Assembly: GCA_964187785.1 (NCBI GenBank)
Contig: OZ076409.1
Location: 8,434,001 to 8,498,000 of the forward strand
Source: Amphiscolops sp. MND2022
Taxonomy: Eukaryota
Direction of reading: 5' to 3'
Length of the DNA: 64,000 nt
The notes beneath the pieces are model-generated. The model saw nothing but the letters and a program-made list of their open reading frames with translations, searched no databases and was not told where the DNA came from. The position numbers and the translations under genes were made by a program. Shown here piece by piece: positions 1 through 12,119 of this stretch (its first letter is position 1; every line of letters begins with the position of its first letter).

Positions 1-10
1 GCAGCAGCAG

Positions 11-3000
11 ATGGCCGACGCCCGCAGAGAAACCCAATATATCATTCACAGTGATCACCCATACCTATATCGACGGAATAGCAATTACAACGACTCCGAA
101 ACTCAATTTAGACCCTTACAAACTGTCGAAGATTATAACCCTCAATACTATGACCCCGAGTATGGCAAAGACCCGTACTGGGACGAAGAACTATATGACA
201 AAACCAATTTACAATTTCGAAATGAAGATTACCCTCCAACTGACGACGAGGACGACCCAGACATTAAAGACAACACACTGTCTCGGGCCCTCATTGATCT
301 TTGGCAGCCGAACTTTGAGGCAACTATACAAGAAGTAGACGCCATACACACACAGGAGGACCACAAGGCTCCTAATAGTCTTTTAGACGAGACAGCCTTC
401 TTACACCTCCTAGTGACCAAAGAAGGAGAATTACCATACGTTCCCCTTTCAACAAACCTTGGACTTAAATTCAAACGACGAATGCTCTATTTCCCAATGG
501 ACTTTGGGGAATTAACTATAGATGGCCTGATAGACACTGGAGCTCACTCCAGTGCAATCCCGGAGGCAGACCTCAGGAAAATACGCCTGTTGGCCCCCCA
601 ATCCATTGTAAAAGAAGGTCCTGCCCCATCCTTTCAAATAATGGTCGCAAATGGAGACTTAGAAACCCCAAAGAGCACAGTCGAACTAAAATTCGAAGTG
701 GGCGACATAGAATTTCACGAAATTTTCATTGTAATGGAAAAACTGTCAAGCCCCATAATTGGACTAATGTTCCTTCAAAGGAACCACACTGTCCTGGACA
801 TGCGCCAAGGTATACTCAACTTTCCCTACTTCTCGATGCAACTCAAGACGGCTGACCATAAATACTCAAATGTTTTGGAACCCATCCTCAACCCTGAGGA
901 TGTCACAATCTCGCCCAATGACCATGTGGTCATACCCATTCAATCACAAATTTACGCAGAAAATGCAGTTACGGGCATATTGCAACCTAGCGATCTTCTG
1001 CACGAGGAAGGCGACATAACCTTCTGTGCCGCCATAGTCACACTACATGAAGGGGCTATGAGAATACACGTCAACAATTTCACTGATCAACCCTATAAAA
1101 TAAAGAAAGGGATGCACATTGCAAACTTTTCAGTGATGACCCCTGAACAGATGAAACACGTCAGGCCAATAGACCCAGTGTCCACCTGGCACTTACTGAA
1201 TGAAAATGAAGACGACGCTATTTATTATATTAGTAGCCTTCTTAAAGCTAACAGAAATAATGACCAATACGAACAATATTGGTTCCCGACGCCTGAAAAC
1301 CCAGGGGACGAAACGACCCATACCCCAATACAACAAAGAATTCTCAAAGAATTACGAAACCTGCAAAGTTTAGAACAACTCAACCCGCACGACGATGCGG
1401 AATCTCGTCGAAAATTCCTCAACAATTTTGATTGGAAGGACTCAATGTTACAACAACATGAAATCAGACAAATAGAAACTCTATTAGTGGAATTCCATGA
1501 CATCTTTGCACGCCATAGATTTGACATTGGCGTCAATGAGGAATTTACGGTCAAACTGACCCCAAAAGACGAATCACCTGCCTACAGTCAGAGCCTACCT
1601 GCCCCGGTCAACCTCAAAGAAGACATATTGGTTGAACTGGCGTTACTCCATAAATATGGGATTATAACAACACTACCATTCTCGAAGTACGCCAGTCCAA
1701 TATTTGCGCAGAAAAAACCCAATGGAAAACTGAGACTGTTGGTGGATTTGCGAAAGATCAATAATCTGATTTCAGATGACTACGTCAATAACAACCACCC
1801 AGTCAGCACCTTGACGGATGCGGCGCAACATATGGCAGGCAAAAAGCTCTTTTGCAAACTCGACTGTTCCCAAGCTTATCATTGCCTTCCTATGGCAGAC
1901 CAGAAATCGATTGAAATGCTAGCTTTAAACTTCGCCAGCAGGACATTTGCATATAGAAGATTGGCCCAAGGACTCAGTAGAGCCCTGTCGGCCTTCTCCA
2001 GTTTCATGAGGGAATACTTGGATCGTGTTATAAAAGCAGACCAATGTGCTCAATATGTGGACGATATCGGTGTCGCGGCGATAGACGCTAACCAGCTCAT
2101 CGTCAACTTAAGAGCAACGTTCCAATGTATCAGGGAAGCAGGATTGAAATTGTCCATGCACAAGTGCCATTTCGGCGCTACTGAAATTGACTTTCTTGGG
2201 AGAACCATTACACCTGAAGGCGTAAAACCCCAAAAAGAAAGAATCACTAATTTCCTGGAAAAGACGAAATTCCCGAAGTCCAAAAAGGCCCTACAACGTT
2301 ATCTTGGTTTCCTCAACTACTACAGGAATTATATACCCAGATTATCGGAAAAATTAGTTCCCTTCTTCCAACTGCTCAAGAAGGATGAGAAAGTCCTAGT
2401 GACAACCGAACTAGTTGAACAGTTCAATCAAATCAACAGAGATTTAGACAGGTGCAGTCAACTAGCGCTGAAACAACCACTGCCCAACAAACAGCTAGTC
2501 CTCATGACTGACGCAAATTTTACGGCAGCCGGTTACGCCATACTGACCGAAGATGACCCAAATCAAAAATACACCTCTGTCAAGAAATCATATGCGCCAA
2601 TTGCTTACGGATCAAAAACCTTTACTCCCTCTCAGCTCAAAATGTCGATATACGCAAAGGAATTCCTAGCCATATATTATGCGTTTAAAGAATTTGGACA
2701 TATCTTCTGGGGAACCCCTCAACCTGTGATCATTCTCACAGATAACAAATCGGTCACGAGGTTCTTCCAGACGAAAATAATCCCACCGCCACTCTGGAAT
2801 GCTTGCGATTTTGTCATTCAATTCAACTTTGTCATAGCGCACATTCCAGGCAATAATAACACAGCGGCGGACTACCTGTCACGTATGGAAATGGACCCTA
2901 CTGAAAAGTTAGTCCTGAAAATACGTGAAGACGTCGAAACCCGACCGATTGAGGTCAATGTTCAATCAGCGGGAGTATCTGAAGAAGAGCAGGTCTTCTT

Positions 3001-3971
3001 TACTGAGGCAGACGATGAGACAGAGCAACAAATTTGGGAACGGAAACAACAATCCAAAAAGGGCCTCATAGTCCCTGAGACAGTAATCCAAATTGACGCT
3101 ATATCAGAAAATACCGTCGAAGAGATTACTAATTTCACGCAGAAATTAAGAAGAACAAATCAGATACTGCTTGAACAATTCAGAGACCCGATTCTCCTCC
3201 AATTGAGGGCGAAACTTCAAAAAGAAGAATACTCTGAAGAAATCCTTCAACAGGATATTCGGTACAAGTATTACTTGAACAACATAGACCGAATAATCCT
3301 CAAAGACGAGATAGTGACGCGGCAGTACTACGATGAAACCGGACAGGTCAAATATCATCAAATCTTATTGCCAAAGCATTTACTCAAAGAATTATTACAA
3401 GCACTACATGGCACGGCACATCGACACCCGGGCATTTCTAAGATGCTACAGGAAATTCGCCAAAAATACTACTACCCCGGAATTGCAAAACACGTCAAGA
3501 AATGGGTAGAAGGCTGCGAAACATGTGCCAAGGACAAAAGGGTCCCCAACACGGTAATCACCCCAGAATTACTGAATTTACCTGAATGGGACCTAGGCCC
3601 AGAAGATGCCATGCAAATCGATTTACTGCCAAATTTACCAACTAGCGGCGGATACCAAACGGTGATGACGGCAATAGATGTATTTTCAAGATATTTATTC
3701 GCCTACCCACTAATTGAGGCAACAGCCGCAAACGTAGCCAAGGTGATAATTGACATCATGACGAAACATTCGTATTTGCCAACAACACTCATCACGGACA
3801 AGGGATCCGCATTTACATCAAAAATTTTAGAAGAAATTACTGCAATACTGGGGATCACATTGAAGTGTGCCACTACTAAACATCCGCAAACTATTGGTAA
3901 ACTTGAAAGGACACACGCCTCTTTAAAAACCAACCTAAAGATGGCCTCAGGGGAATACCGTCGTCAATGGC
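11..3971 (+). CDS. pol: Element A Pol, N-terminal part (aspartic protease, dUTPase-like spacer, RT, RNase H, integrase HHCC and DDE core)
   Basis: LIDTGA protease; VDLRKIN/KLDCSQAY/YVDD RT; MTDAN...EFLA...LTDNK RNase H; H-x5-H...CETC and QIDL/ITDKG/KLERTH integrase. Frame is open from the window edge and cut at ...YRRQW by element B. Confidence 0.95.
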
Positions 3972-6127
3972 TGTCGCAGGCTGCCGCCTGCAATGGAACA
4001 ATCATCACAACATCAGCAGACGGACAAAACATCGCACCAGGAACGCTTCCTACATTCTAATGTTAAAACTGAAAATTAACCAATCACAGTGCAGTATAGC
4101 TAGTATTATCTCTCAGCAATACATTATTTGGCCGGTTATGGCCGCTTGCCTTAATCTAACTACTATGCTCGCACACGCTGGTCCAATGGCCGGTTCCGGC
4201 CTATTTAGCTTTCATCAAGTATTATGTGCTATTTAATCAGTAGTGCTGTGTATTTTCTTGGAAAGTACTTGAAACTGTCTTAATACGTCAGATGCAATGA
4301 TTAAAGGTGTTAGGAGAAGAATTGCTAATTGTTTTAATTATAGTTGCTATTGATAAAATCCTGTACCAGAAACGTCACTTGAGCACGCGGCCTTGTCCAA
4401 TCAAATTACTCCATTTGCTACGCAGTTAATACTTCCATTCATTAATGGCCGAATAAGGCTTGTGGACATAACTTCGCTGCTTTTAATAAATATTCAGTCA
4501 AACGGCCGGTTCCGGCCATTTCACATAAAGCGCAATTGTGATGCTAATTGTTCTCACACTTAACCAGGATTCACGTGCTTGTACTCTTAGGCTAAATAAC
4601 CCCTCTAGTGCAGTATTACCTAACTATATCCCAAACTTAGCTCTTTCAGACGGTTAAGGCCGTTTGACCAGTATTTAATATTGATTACTTAGTACGGGGC
4701 AATTAGCCTATTCAGGCCAGATTGTGTAAAGCGCTGTACACATTTTTGATTGATTGGCCGTATATGGCCACTTGACATTATATTAGATTGGTAATGCAGG
4801 ACAAAATGCAAATGGCCGGTTTAGGCCATTTTGCTTATTATCATTAGAGATGCTTTTAAGCATGAATGAGTTTGTTTTACAGTCATGTAAGATTATATTT
4901 ATATACTTGAAGATGTTAATGAGCTTTCTAAATCCAATTAGTGCTATAATAACGACCAGTAGTAGCAATCCGAATACCCGTCACCTGTCCTATTCCGGCC
5001 TTCGCTAATGGCCAGTTTCCAAGTCCAATGGCCGTATCGGGCCATATTACTATATTATGTTCATTTCTATTGCATGAAACTGTGTCTTTGTTTTGTTGAT
5101 TCTACGCACGTGTGTAGGCACGTGTCGCTAAATAGTTTTCATTCCTCTCACTGTAAACAATTTGAAAGTATTAGTTTTGATGTTTGGTCAAAGTGTTGTT
5201 TGCCTAATATAATAAAGCTAAATTCCTCCGCTCCCCTTTGATGATAGTATTTGCAGTTAGAAAATGCATTTGAGTGCATTCCATATTTTATGTAAACTTT
5301 AAATGATGTTGCTGCGAATGAACTAGGTATGAATGTCCTTTGACCCTAACGGGACAAATTCCTAAAGTGCTTTGATGTAGTTGGCGCCGCTAAAAACGGA
5401 TGGATGTTAGTGGTCACCCGCCATAGTCATGTGCCCTTTATGGAATCTGTAAATAGATTGTTATGCAAGGAATTTGAGTGTCACCCTCTCAGGGGTATAT
5501 ATTTTAGTATTTTTCCCAAGAGGGACACAATTGTATTTTGCTTCTCCAAGTTTAGTTTGACATACCTGTTTACGATACAACGTACAAAATCCTAATTTCC
5601 GAACAAGATAATTCACTATTTTCGCTCGGACTTTCTTCAATGCATATTCAAAGAAAGAGGAGAAAGCTTAGACAGGAATCTTGCTAGAAGGCCCGAAAAT
5701 GCCATTAGCAATAACTTTGGAAATGACGATGAAAACATGTACTCAAGTCTACGAGTTGTCAGTACAGGGATAAATGCCGATTACGGCCAGAATTCAGTCG
5801 GGACTAGTTCTAATGCTGAGATTAACAGGTTGTTGAGCGAGTTGAACTCGAGGTTATCTAGAGAAGTAGATGGGATGATGAGTAGTGTCAATGCCCAGAT
5901 CCACAGGGCAATTAGTGATGCAATTGATAGTCAAATATTGCCTCAGATTCAAACTGCCCTATATTCCGGATCGGGCCATTTGACACAAAATAGATGGAAC
6001 GTTCCGTCCGAGAGACCGGAAATCATACCCGAAGAAAACTGCTCTAATAAAACTAGGAAAAACTCAAGAAGTGAGCAATTCCGTGATCGTCCAATTGACG
6101 GAACCACAAATGCTAGTGCTTACGACA
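3972..6127 (+). repeat. Element B 5' LTR
   Basis: Direct repeat of 12031-14186; six substitutions seen by eye (4707, 5055, 5469, 5911, 6026-6027); TG...CA termini with a TGTCG/CGACA inverted repeat. Confidence 0.96.
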
Positions 6128-6651
6128 TGGTGACAGGAGAAAACGAATCTCCAATCGATGTTCCTGAGTTTCTCACTGGACGAATGCCATCAAGAAGTCA
6201 TCTACACGGATCCCATGATGACCTCAATCCCTTGCTCGACACGACAATCCCAGCACAAGAAACGACCGTTCCGGCCCTAGAACAACTGATGACATCTTCA
6301 ACCACCAAAGCAAAAACTGTTCCTTCAAATGTGCAAATGAGTGACATTACGTGCAACTATTGCAAACAAAAGGGCCACATGGTCAAGGATTGTGAAAAAA
6401 TGAAAAAGGAAAAAGAGAAAATTGCCCAACGAGGCAAATCGACCCAGAAAAAGGTTTACCGTAAAAGTGGTACTTGTGGCAAGACAAACCATCCCGAAGA
6501 GAGATGCTGGCAAGGGGCTGGCGCGCATCTCAAGCCCAAGCGCACCAGCCCAGAGGACCCGTCGGACAACGATCCTGACTCCAAAGCCTCAAAACCCCAT
6601 TACAAACCAGCATCATCCGGTTCCCAATCTTCATCAAGCAAGGATGATTAA
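5737..6651 (+). pseudogene. gag: Element B gag remnant (begins inside the LTR, capsid region apparently deleted, CCHC knuckles kept)
   Basis: ORF crosses the LTR end and PBS (AYD|MVTG); CNYCKQKGHMVKDC knuckle plus a degenerate second knuckle SGTCGKTNHPEERC; too short for a full gag. Confidence 0.85.
6128..6139 (+). promoter_or_regulatory. Primer-binding site of element B
   Basis: TGGTGACAGGAG immediately follows the LTR-terminal CA (TGG complements the tRNA CCA end); primer tRNA not determined. Confidence 0.8.
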
Positions 6652-6657
6652 AAAAAC
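6651..6657 (+). promoter_or_regulatory. Putative -1 gag-pol frameshift heptamer A AAA AAC
   Basis: Lies at the gag end; its -1 frame is that of ORF 6759 (WQQQM), homologous to the start of A's pol. Confidence 0.6.
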
Positions 6658-9587
6658 TAGCGTCGCCACGACTCCAATAAAACCAACTAGTCTCTGTCCG
6701 ACAGTGCAACAAATCGGACCCTCCAAATAAAAACTTTCATGATTACAAACAACAATCGATGGGCTATCCTTCTGTTGTGTGGCAGCAGCAGATGGAAAAA
6801 GCTATCATTATTACTTACAATATTACCCATTTGTTCCAAAAACCAATTCCTGTTTGGAATCCTGATTACACCACTGCCTTCACTACCCGATTCAGACCCA
6901 TTCCCTTTGTAGACGACTACAATCCGACATATATCGACCAAGATTAAGGAAGAGATCCGTATTGGGACACAGAACTCTACAAACAGGACATATTGCAATT
7001 TCAATACGTCCTAGACGACATCGACCACTACAACAAGACAGTCCACAAGAACCCTCCAATTACCCATAACAAGAAAACCAGAGCGCTAATTGAAAAATGG
7101 CAAATGAATGATGGTACACACCATCCGGTGTTCCCAAACCCCTTGGGAACCGAGAATACCGAAAATAGTGCCGAATCAATACCACAATCGCTACTAGATA
7201 GATTGTTCTCATTACCAAAGATGATGAACCAGACTCTATACCCCTGTCAACCAACATCAACCTCAAATGCAAGAAACGCATGCTTTATTTCCCAAAAGAC
7301 TTTGGGGAACTGACCATTGATGGACTTATAGACACTGGGGCACTGTCCAGTGCAATCCCTGAAATGGACCTCCGGAAAATTCGCCTTCTATCTCCACAAT
7401 CTGTTATCCGGGAAGGCCCGCCTCCGAACTTCCAGATCATGGTCGCTAATGGGCAACTGGAAACTCCTAAGAGTACCAAAGAGCTCAAATTCGAAGTTGG
7501 TGACATTGAGTTCCATGAAATTTTCATAGTAATGGAACATTTGACAGGACCGATCATTGGACTAATGTTCCTTCAGAGAAATCATACAGTCTTGGACATA
7601 AGACAAGGAATCCTGAATTTCCCGTTTTTTTCAATGCAGCTTAAAACAGCTGACCACAGATATTCCAACGTACTAGAACCGATTCTCGACCCCACCAAAG
7701 ATAACGAATCTCGTGCAAAATTTCTAGAAAACTTCGACTGGAAAGATTCCACTCTTACTCCTGAAGAAAAGGAGAAAATTGAAGAATTACTAGTGGAATT
7801 CCATGATATATTTGCACGACAACGATTCGATATAGGCATGAACGAGGAATTCAAGGTGAAATTGACACCTAAGGACGATTCCCCAGCCTATAGCCAGAGT
7901 CTCCCAGCCCCTTTCAACCTGAAGGAGGACATCTTAGTCGAATTGGCCATGTTACACAAATATGGCATAATCACCACCCTACCATTTTCGAAATATGCGA
8001 GTCCCAGATTTAAACAAAAGAAACCGAATGGGAAACCCCGACTCTGGGTTGACTTGAGAAAAATCAACAACCTCATCTCGGATGCTTATATCAACAATAA
8101 TCACTCCGTTAGTACACTAGTCGATGCTGCCCAACACTTGGCAGGCAAAAAACTGTTCTGTAAATTAGACTGTTCGCAGGCATACCAGTGCCTGCCGATG
8201 GCTGACCAACGTTCAATCGAAATGTTGGCTTTCAATTTTGCCAGTCGCACATTCGCCTACAGACGTTTGGCACAAGGCCTTAGCCGGGCGCTGTCCGCTT
8301 TCTCGAGCTTTATGAGAGAATACCTTGATAAAGTTATTAAGGCGGATCAGTGCGCCCAGTATGTGGACGATATCGGCATCGCAGCCAATGATGCTGACCA
8401 CCTCATAGCGAATTTAAGAGCTACGTTCAAATGCATTCAGGAAGCAGGCCTTAAGTTGACAATGCACAAATGTCACTTCGGTGCAAAAGAAATTGATTTT
8501 CTTGGACAGACAATTACCCCACAAGGCGTCAAACCCCAGAAACAAATTGTACAAAACTTTCTGGAGAAAACCAAATTCCCGAAGTCGAAAAAGGCTTTAC
8601 AGCGCAATTTGGGATTCTTGAACTACAACAGAAATTATGTCCCAAGACTTTCAGAACGCCTTGCCCCATTCTACAAGATGCTGAAAAGTGACGAAAAGGT
8701 CCTGGTATCGAAAGAATTAGTCCAACAATTTGAAGAAATCAATAGAGCACTCGACAAATGTTGCGATTTGGCCCTACAACAATCTATCCCGAACAAGCAA
8801 ATTGCACTAATGACTGATGCAAGTTTTGGTGCAGCTGGATATGCGGTCTTAATTGAAGACGATCCGAATCAGAAATTTACCTCACTCAGAAAATCATATG
8901 CACCAGTGGCATATGGATCAAAAACCTTCAACCCAGCGCAGATCAAGATGTCAATTTATGCCAAGGAACTTCTTGCAATTTATTTTGCATTCAAAGAATT
9001 TGGCCATATTTTTTGGGGTGCGCCCAAACCGTTCATTATACTCACTGACAACAAAGCTGTAACCAGATTTTTCCAGACGAAAATTGTGCTGTCATAATAC
9101 AAACTCTCTCTACAAATTTGGTTGAACAACAACCTGAGATACAACTCCGAGTACGACAGAAGCGAACGCAGGTGATGCAAGCGAGAATGCAGCGGATGAG
9201 GTAATCACGACTGACTGTCCGAATGACGTCAATGATGCAGTGCACAGCCGAGATAAAAGAATGAAAAGTGACGTCAGCAATACAAATGAAGCTAGTGAAG
9301 CTGCTAGAAATGCAAACTCTGATTGGCCGGATTCGGCCGTTTACCACAAAAATCAAGAAAAATCTTTGCCGGATCTGTCCGAAAGACAGGAAGATGAAGC
9401 AAATTTTTCAGAAAGAAATTCTACTACAGAAACCGATGCATAAAATTCTCCAAAAAGGGGGGATGATATTATCGTGCCCGAAATATCGCGAAATTATGAA
9501 GGAATTGATAATCTGAGTCCTAGAGGTGGAAGATATAATCTCAGGCCCAACCCTAATCCAAACTACTCAGAAGATCTCAGATACTAA
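6657..9587 (+). pseudogene. pol: Element B pol, with stops, frameshifts and large deletions (dUTPase-like spacer, RNase H end and integrase core missing)
   Basis: ORF 7280-9097 is highly similar to A pol (DTGA, YVDD); jumps from RFFQTKI to the acidic tail ending YNLRPNPNPNYSEDLRY* at 9587. Confidence 0.9.
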
Positions 9588-9845
9588 CGAAAAGATTGAA
9601 TTGCATCTCGAAACGAACGCTGCTCTCTTTTTCCTTTTATCTTGCATTTTTTGAGACACAGAAGACACTATTTTCTGAATAAATATGGGGACTTTCTTTC
9701 GGCAATAATCCCTTTCAAGAAAATACAGGGATTAGGAAATCAACACTAGATGACAATGAATAAATACAAGACAACATCAAAAAAATCGAAATAAAGAAAT
9801 CAACAGAATATACAGTTTGAAGAGTACACAAATACATATGTACAT

Positions 9846-10214
9846 TTAGTTCTTAGATCTGAACACTGCCGTTTCCTCCACGAGTGATGAAGAAGCCGAG
9901 CCAACTCCACTACTACCGGACCGTTTCCTTTTGAATGCACTTGGAATTTGAACTGCTGATTTTCCGATTATACCAGAAAACTCTGATGTTTCAATTCGTA
10001 CAGCACCCACTTTTGGTCCGGCCTTAACGACATTGTATGACAACAACAAAGACTTGTAGGTCAGAGACCGACTGAAAACGTCAACATGTGTCCACGGGTC
10101 AAAGTCGGGCTCAAAAGCTGATTGACCGTAATCAGCAGATAGAACAGAGAACATGGGCAAGATTGGCAGTAGAACCAGGATCTGGTGTTTGATCATTCTC
10201 GGAACGATATTTAT
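9846..10214 (-). pseudogene. Element B remnant of the antisense accessory gene (5' end fused to the C-terminus by deletion)
   Basis: DPWTHVDVFSRSLTYKSL matches DPWVHVDTFGRADFYKTL of A's antisense gene; same position and orientation; same TAAATGTACATATGTA after the stop. Confidence 0.8.
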
Positions 10215-11321
10215 CTAAACAAAAGGGAATGAAATTTGGCGGTCAGCTTCCTTCAAAGAAATCCATTTTGCCGCATTAGAAGCCTTCTAGAAGCATTTTG
10301 AAAATTTGAACGAAGCGTGTTATCACGCGTTCAGTGATGGAAATAGGAAGCACTTTGAGAACAAAATTTAGCCCTGATCAAGTTAAACCAGTTCAAAATA
10401 AAAATCCAGACCAACCTGTGTTCGAAGACATTCTGCTGTGATGAGATTGCCTCCTGGGATTCAGTCCTTGTCCGGTTGACAAAACTGGGGAAATTGGTAG
10501 AGTTGGGCTGAAGAAAGGAAAGAAGATTCGGAATGCTCCGAGAAGGAAGGAATCAGCAACAACAGTTGAAGACAGACAACCAATGTAAAGGAGGTTACAG
10601 AAGAAGTCAAATGCAATGAATACAAATGGTAAAAGGAAATGAATCATGTACCTGTCAAAAAACTTCAAAGTTGGACTTCGTGGCTGGAGAAACTATCAGA
10701 CTAATATTTTATGGCTATTTACGAATTTAAAACTGGGCATGGAGTCTGCCAGCGAAAAGTACAGAAGATTGATCATTATTTACAAATTAGTTAGTTAGAA
10801 GCCGATTATGGCCATTTACCTTGTTCCGTTTTTCCGTTTTGTTCCGTTTCCCTTTTTACCATTTAGTTAAATTTTCCGCCATTCTGGATTATTTCAGCTA
10901 TTATTTTCGCCATTTTACTATCCAATTTGCATTATATCGAAAGTCAATTTCGATTGGATAAAGCCATTTTGAGAGAAACCTTTGGCGCGTGCCGTTAATT
11001 GCCTCCAAGCGACTCGTTAGTTACCCACTTGAAACGAGTGTATTTAATATTAACATCTTGAGTGTTGTTCACACCCTTTCTGATGACGGGAGTGATGAGG
11101 GGTAAACACCAGAATATCAAGGGCCGCTGACCATTGATGGAATTCCATTCAGAAAAGTTACGCCGACTTCGGAAGATTAACCGAACTTTTGACCGCCGAA
11201 GTGAAAATCCCGGAAAACGGCCTGACTTGGCCTGAAGTAAAAGGATCAACAAAATCATTCCTCTCAGAAATTCAACACTGAATAATTGCCCTTTCTAGCT
11301 CAAAATTGCGAAAAACTCATA

Positions 11322-12119
11322 ATGGAAAAGAATATAGCAAGGAGACTCTTCGAAGAGGATGACTTCGACTCTGAGACTACGAGTGATTCTGTGATCTACA
11401 TCTCCACTGATGAGAGCGAAGGGATGTCAGAAGAATGGGACTCGGACTGGTCAACTAACACCTAGGACATGATCAAGAGGATCGAGACAGAGGTGGTGTC
11501 CAGCCCTAAGCTGATAGCTGGGAGAATAGTGACTTCTAACAGTCATGAGGACTTGATTATGATCCCAGGGCCCAGCTCTAGTAGGACAGATGTGGAATCG
11601 ACCCCTAAACTGGGTGAGCAGTATTTTGATAAAACTCTTTGTTACGCCCCCGCCAAAGAATATGCCAAGAAGAGGATCGAACTCTGTAAGACGGTCATAC
11701 CTGTGGATGACTCGCCCATGTCGCCACCTGCCCATGCGAGAGGGCCTGTGTTGGAAACGATGTTGGCCCCGTTGCCACAACCGGCTAATTCTGGGTTCCG
11801 TGTTTCTTAAAATGTGCAAGACACGGTGCCTTACGAGAACGTCAGCAAGAAGATGTACACAAGCTGCATCGTTTGTGGGAGATCAGCTGACGCTATCAAG
11901 AGGGAGAAGGCAGATGACTATATAGGGAGATCAACACCAAGAGGTGAGCCGGCCTACGTCACAGCAATGAGGAAGGAAGCTTATTTGAATGGACTGAATG
12001 CAGGGTCGTTTTCATTTATTCCACCCGCAGTGTCGCAGGCTGCCGCCTGCAATGGAACAATCATCACAACATCAGCAGACGGACAAAACATCGCACCAGG
12101 AACGCTTCCTACATTCTAA
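11322..12119 (+). pseudogene. Element B 3' accessory ORF (ORF3), two in-frame stops, runs into U3
   Basis: Single frame from ATG 11322, broken by TAG 11463 and TAA 11808; shares IYIS-acidic, GEQYFD, SPMSPP, CxxCG and AAAC motifs with A ORF3. Confidence 0.8.

Noticed and set aside
3972..4060. Novel C-terminus on the 1349-aa Pol ORF
   Set aside because: The last 29 aa are the ORF3 tail in B's LTR, fused in frame by chance at the insertion site; real Pol resumes at 14192
4130..5043. CRISPR-like array (also the 15-nt repeat at 48326)
   Set aside because: Irregular spacing or no spacers, no cas genes, eukaryotic context
4783..5595. Small duplicated ORFs (61-77 aa), also at 12842-13654
   Set aside because: Duplicated only because they lie in the LTRs; no motifs and no counterparts in A-type LTRs
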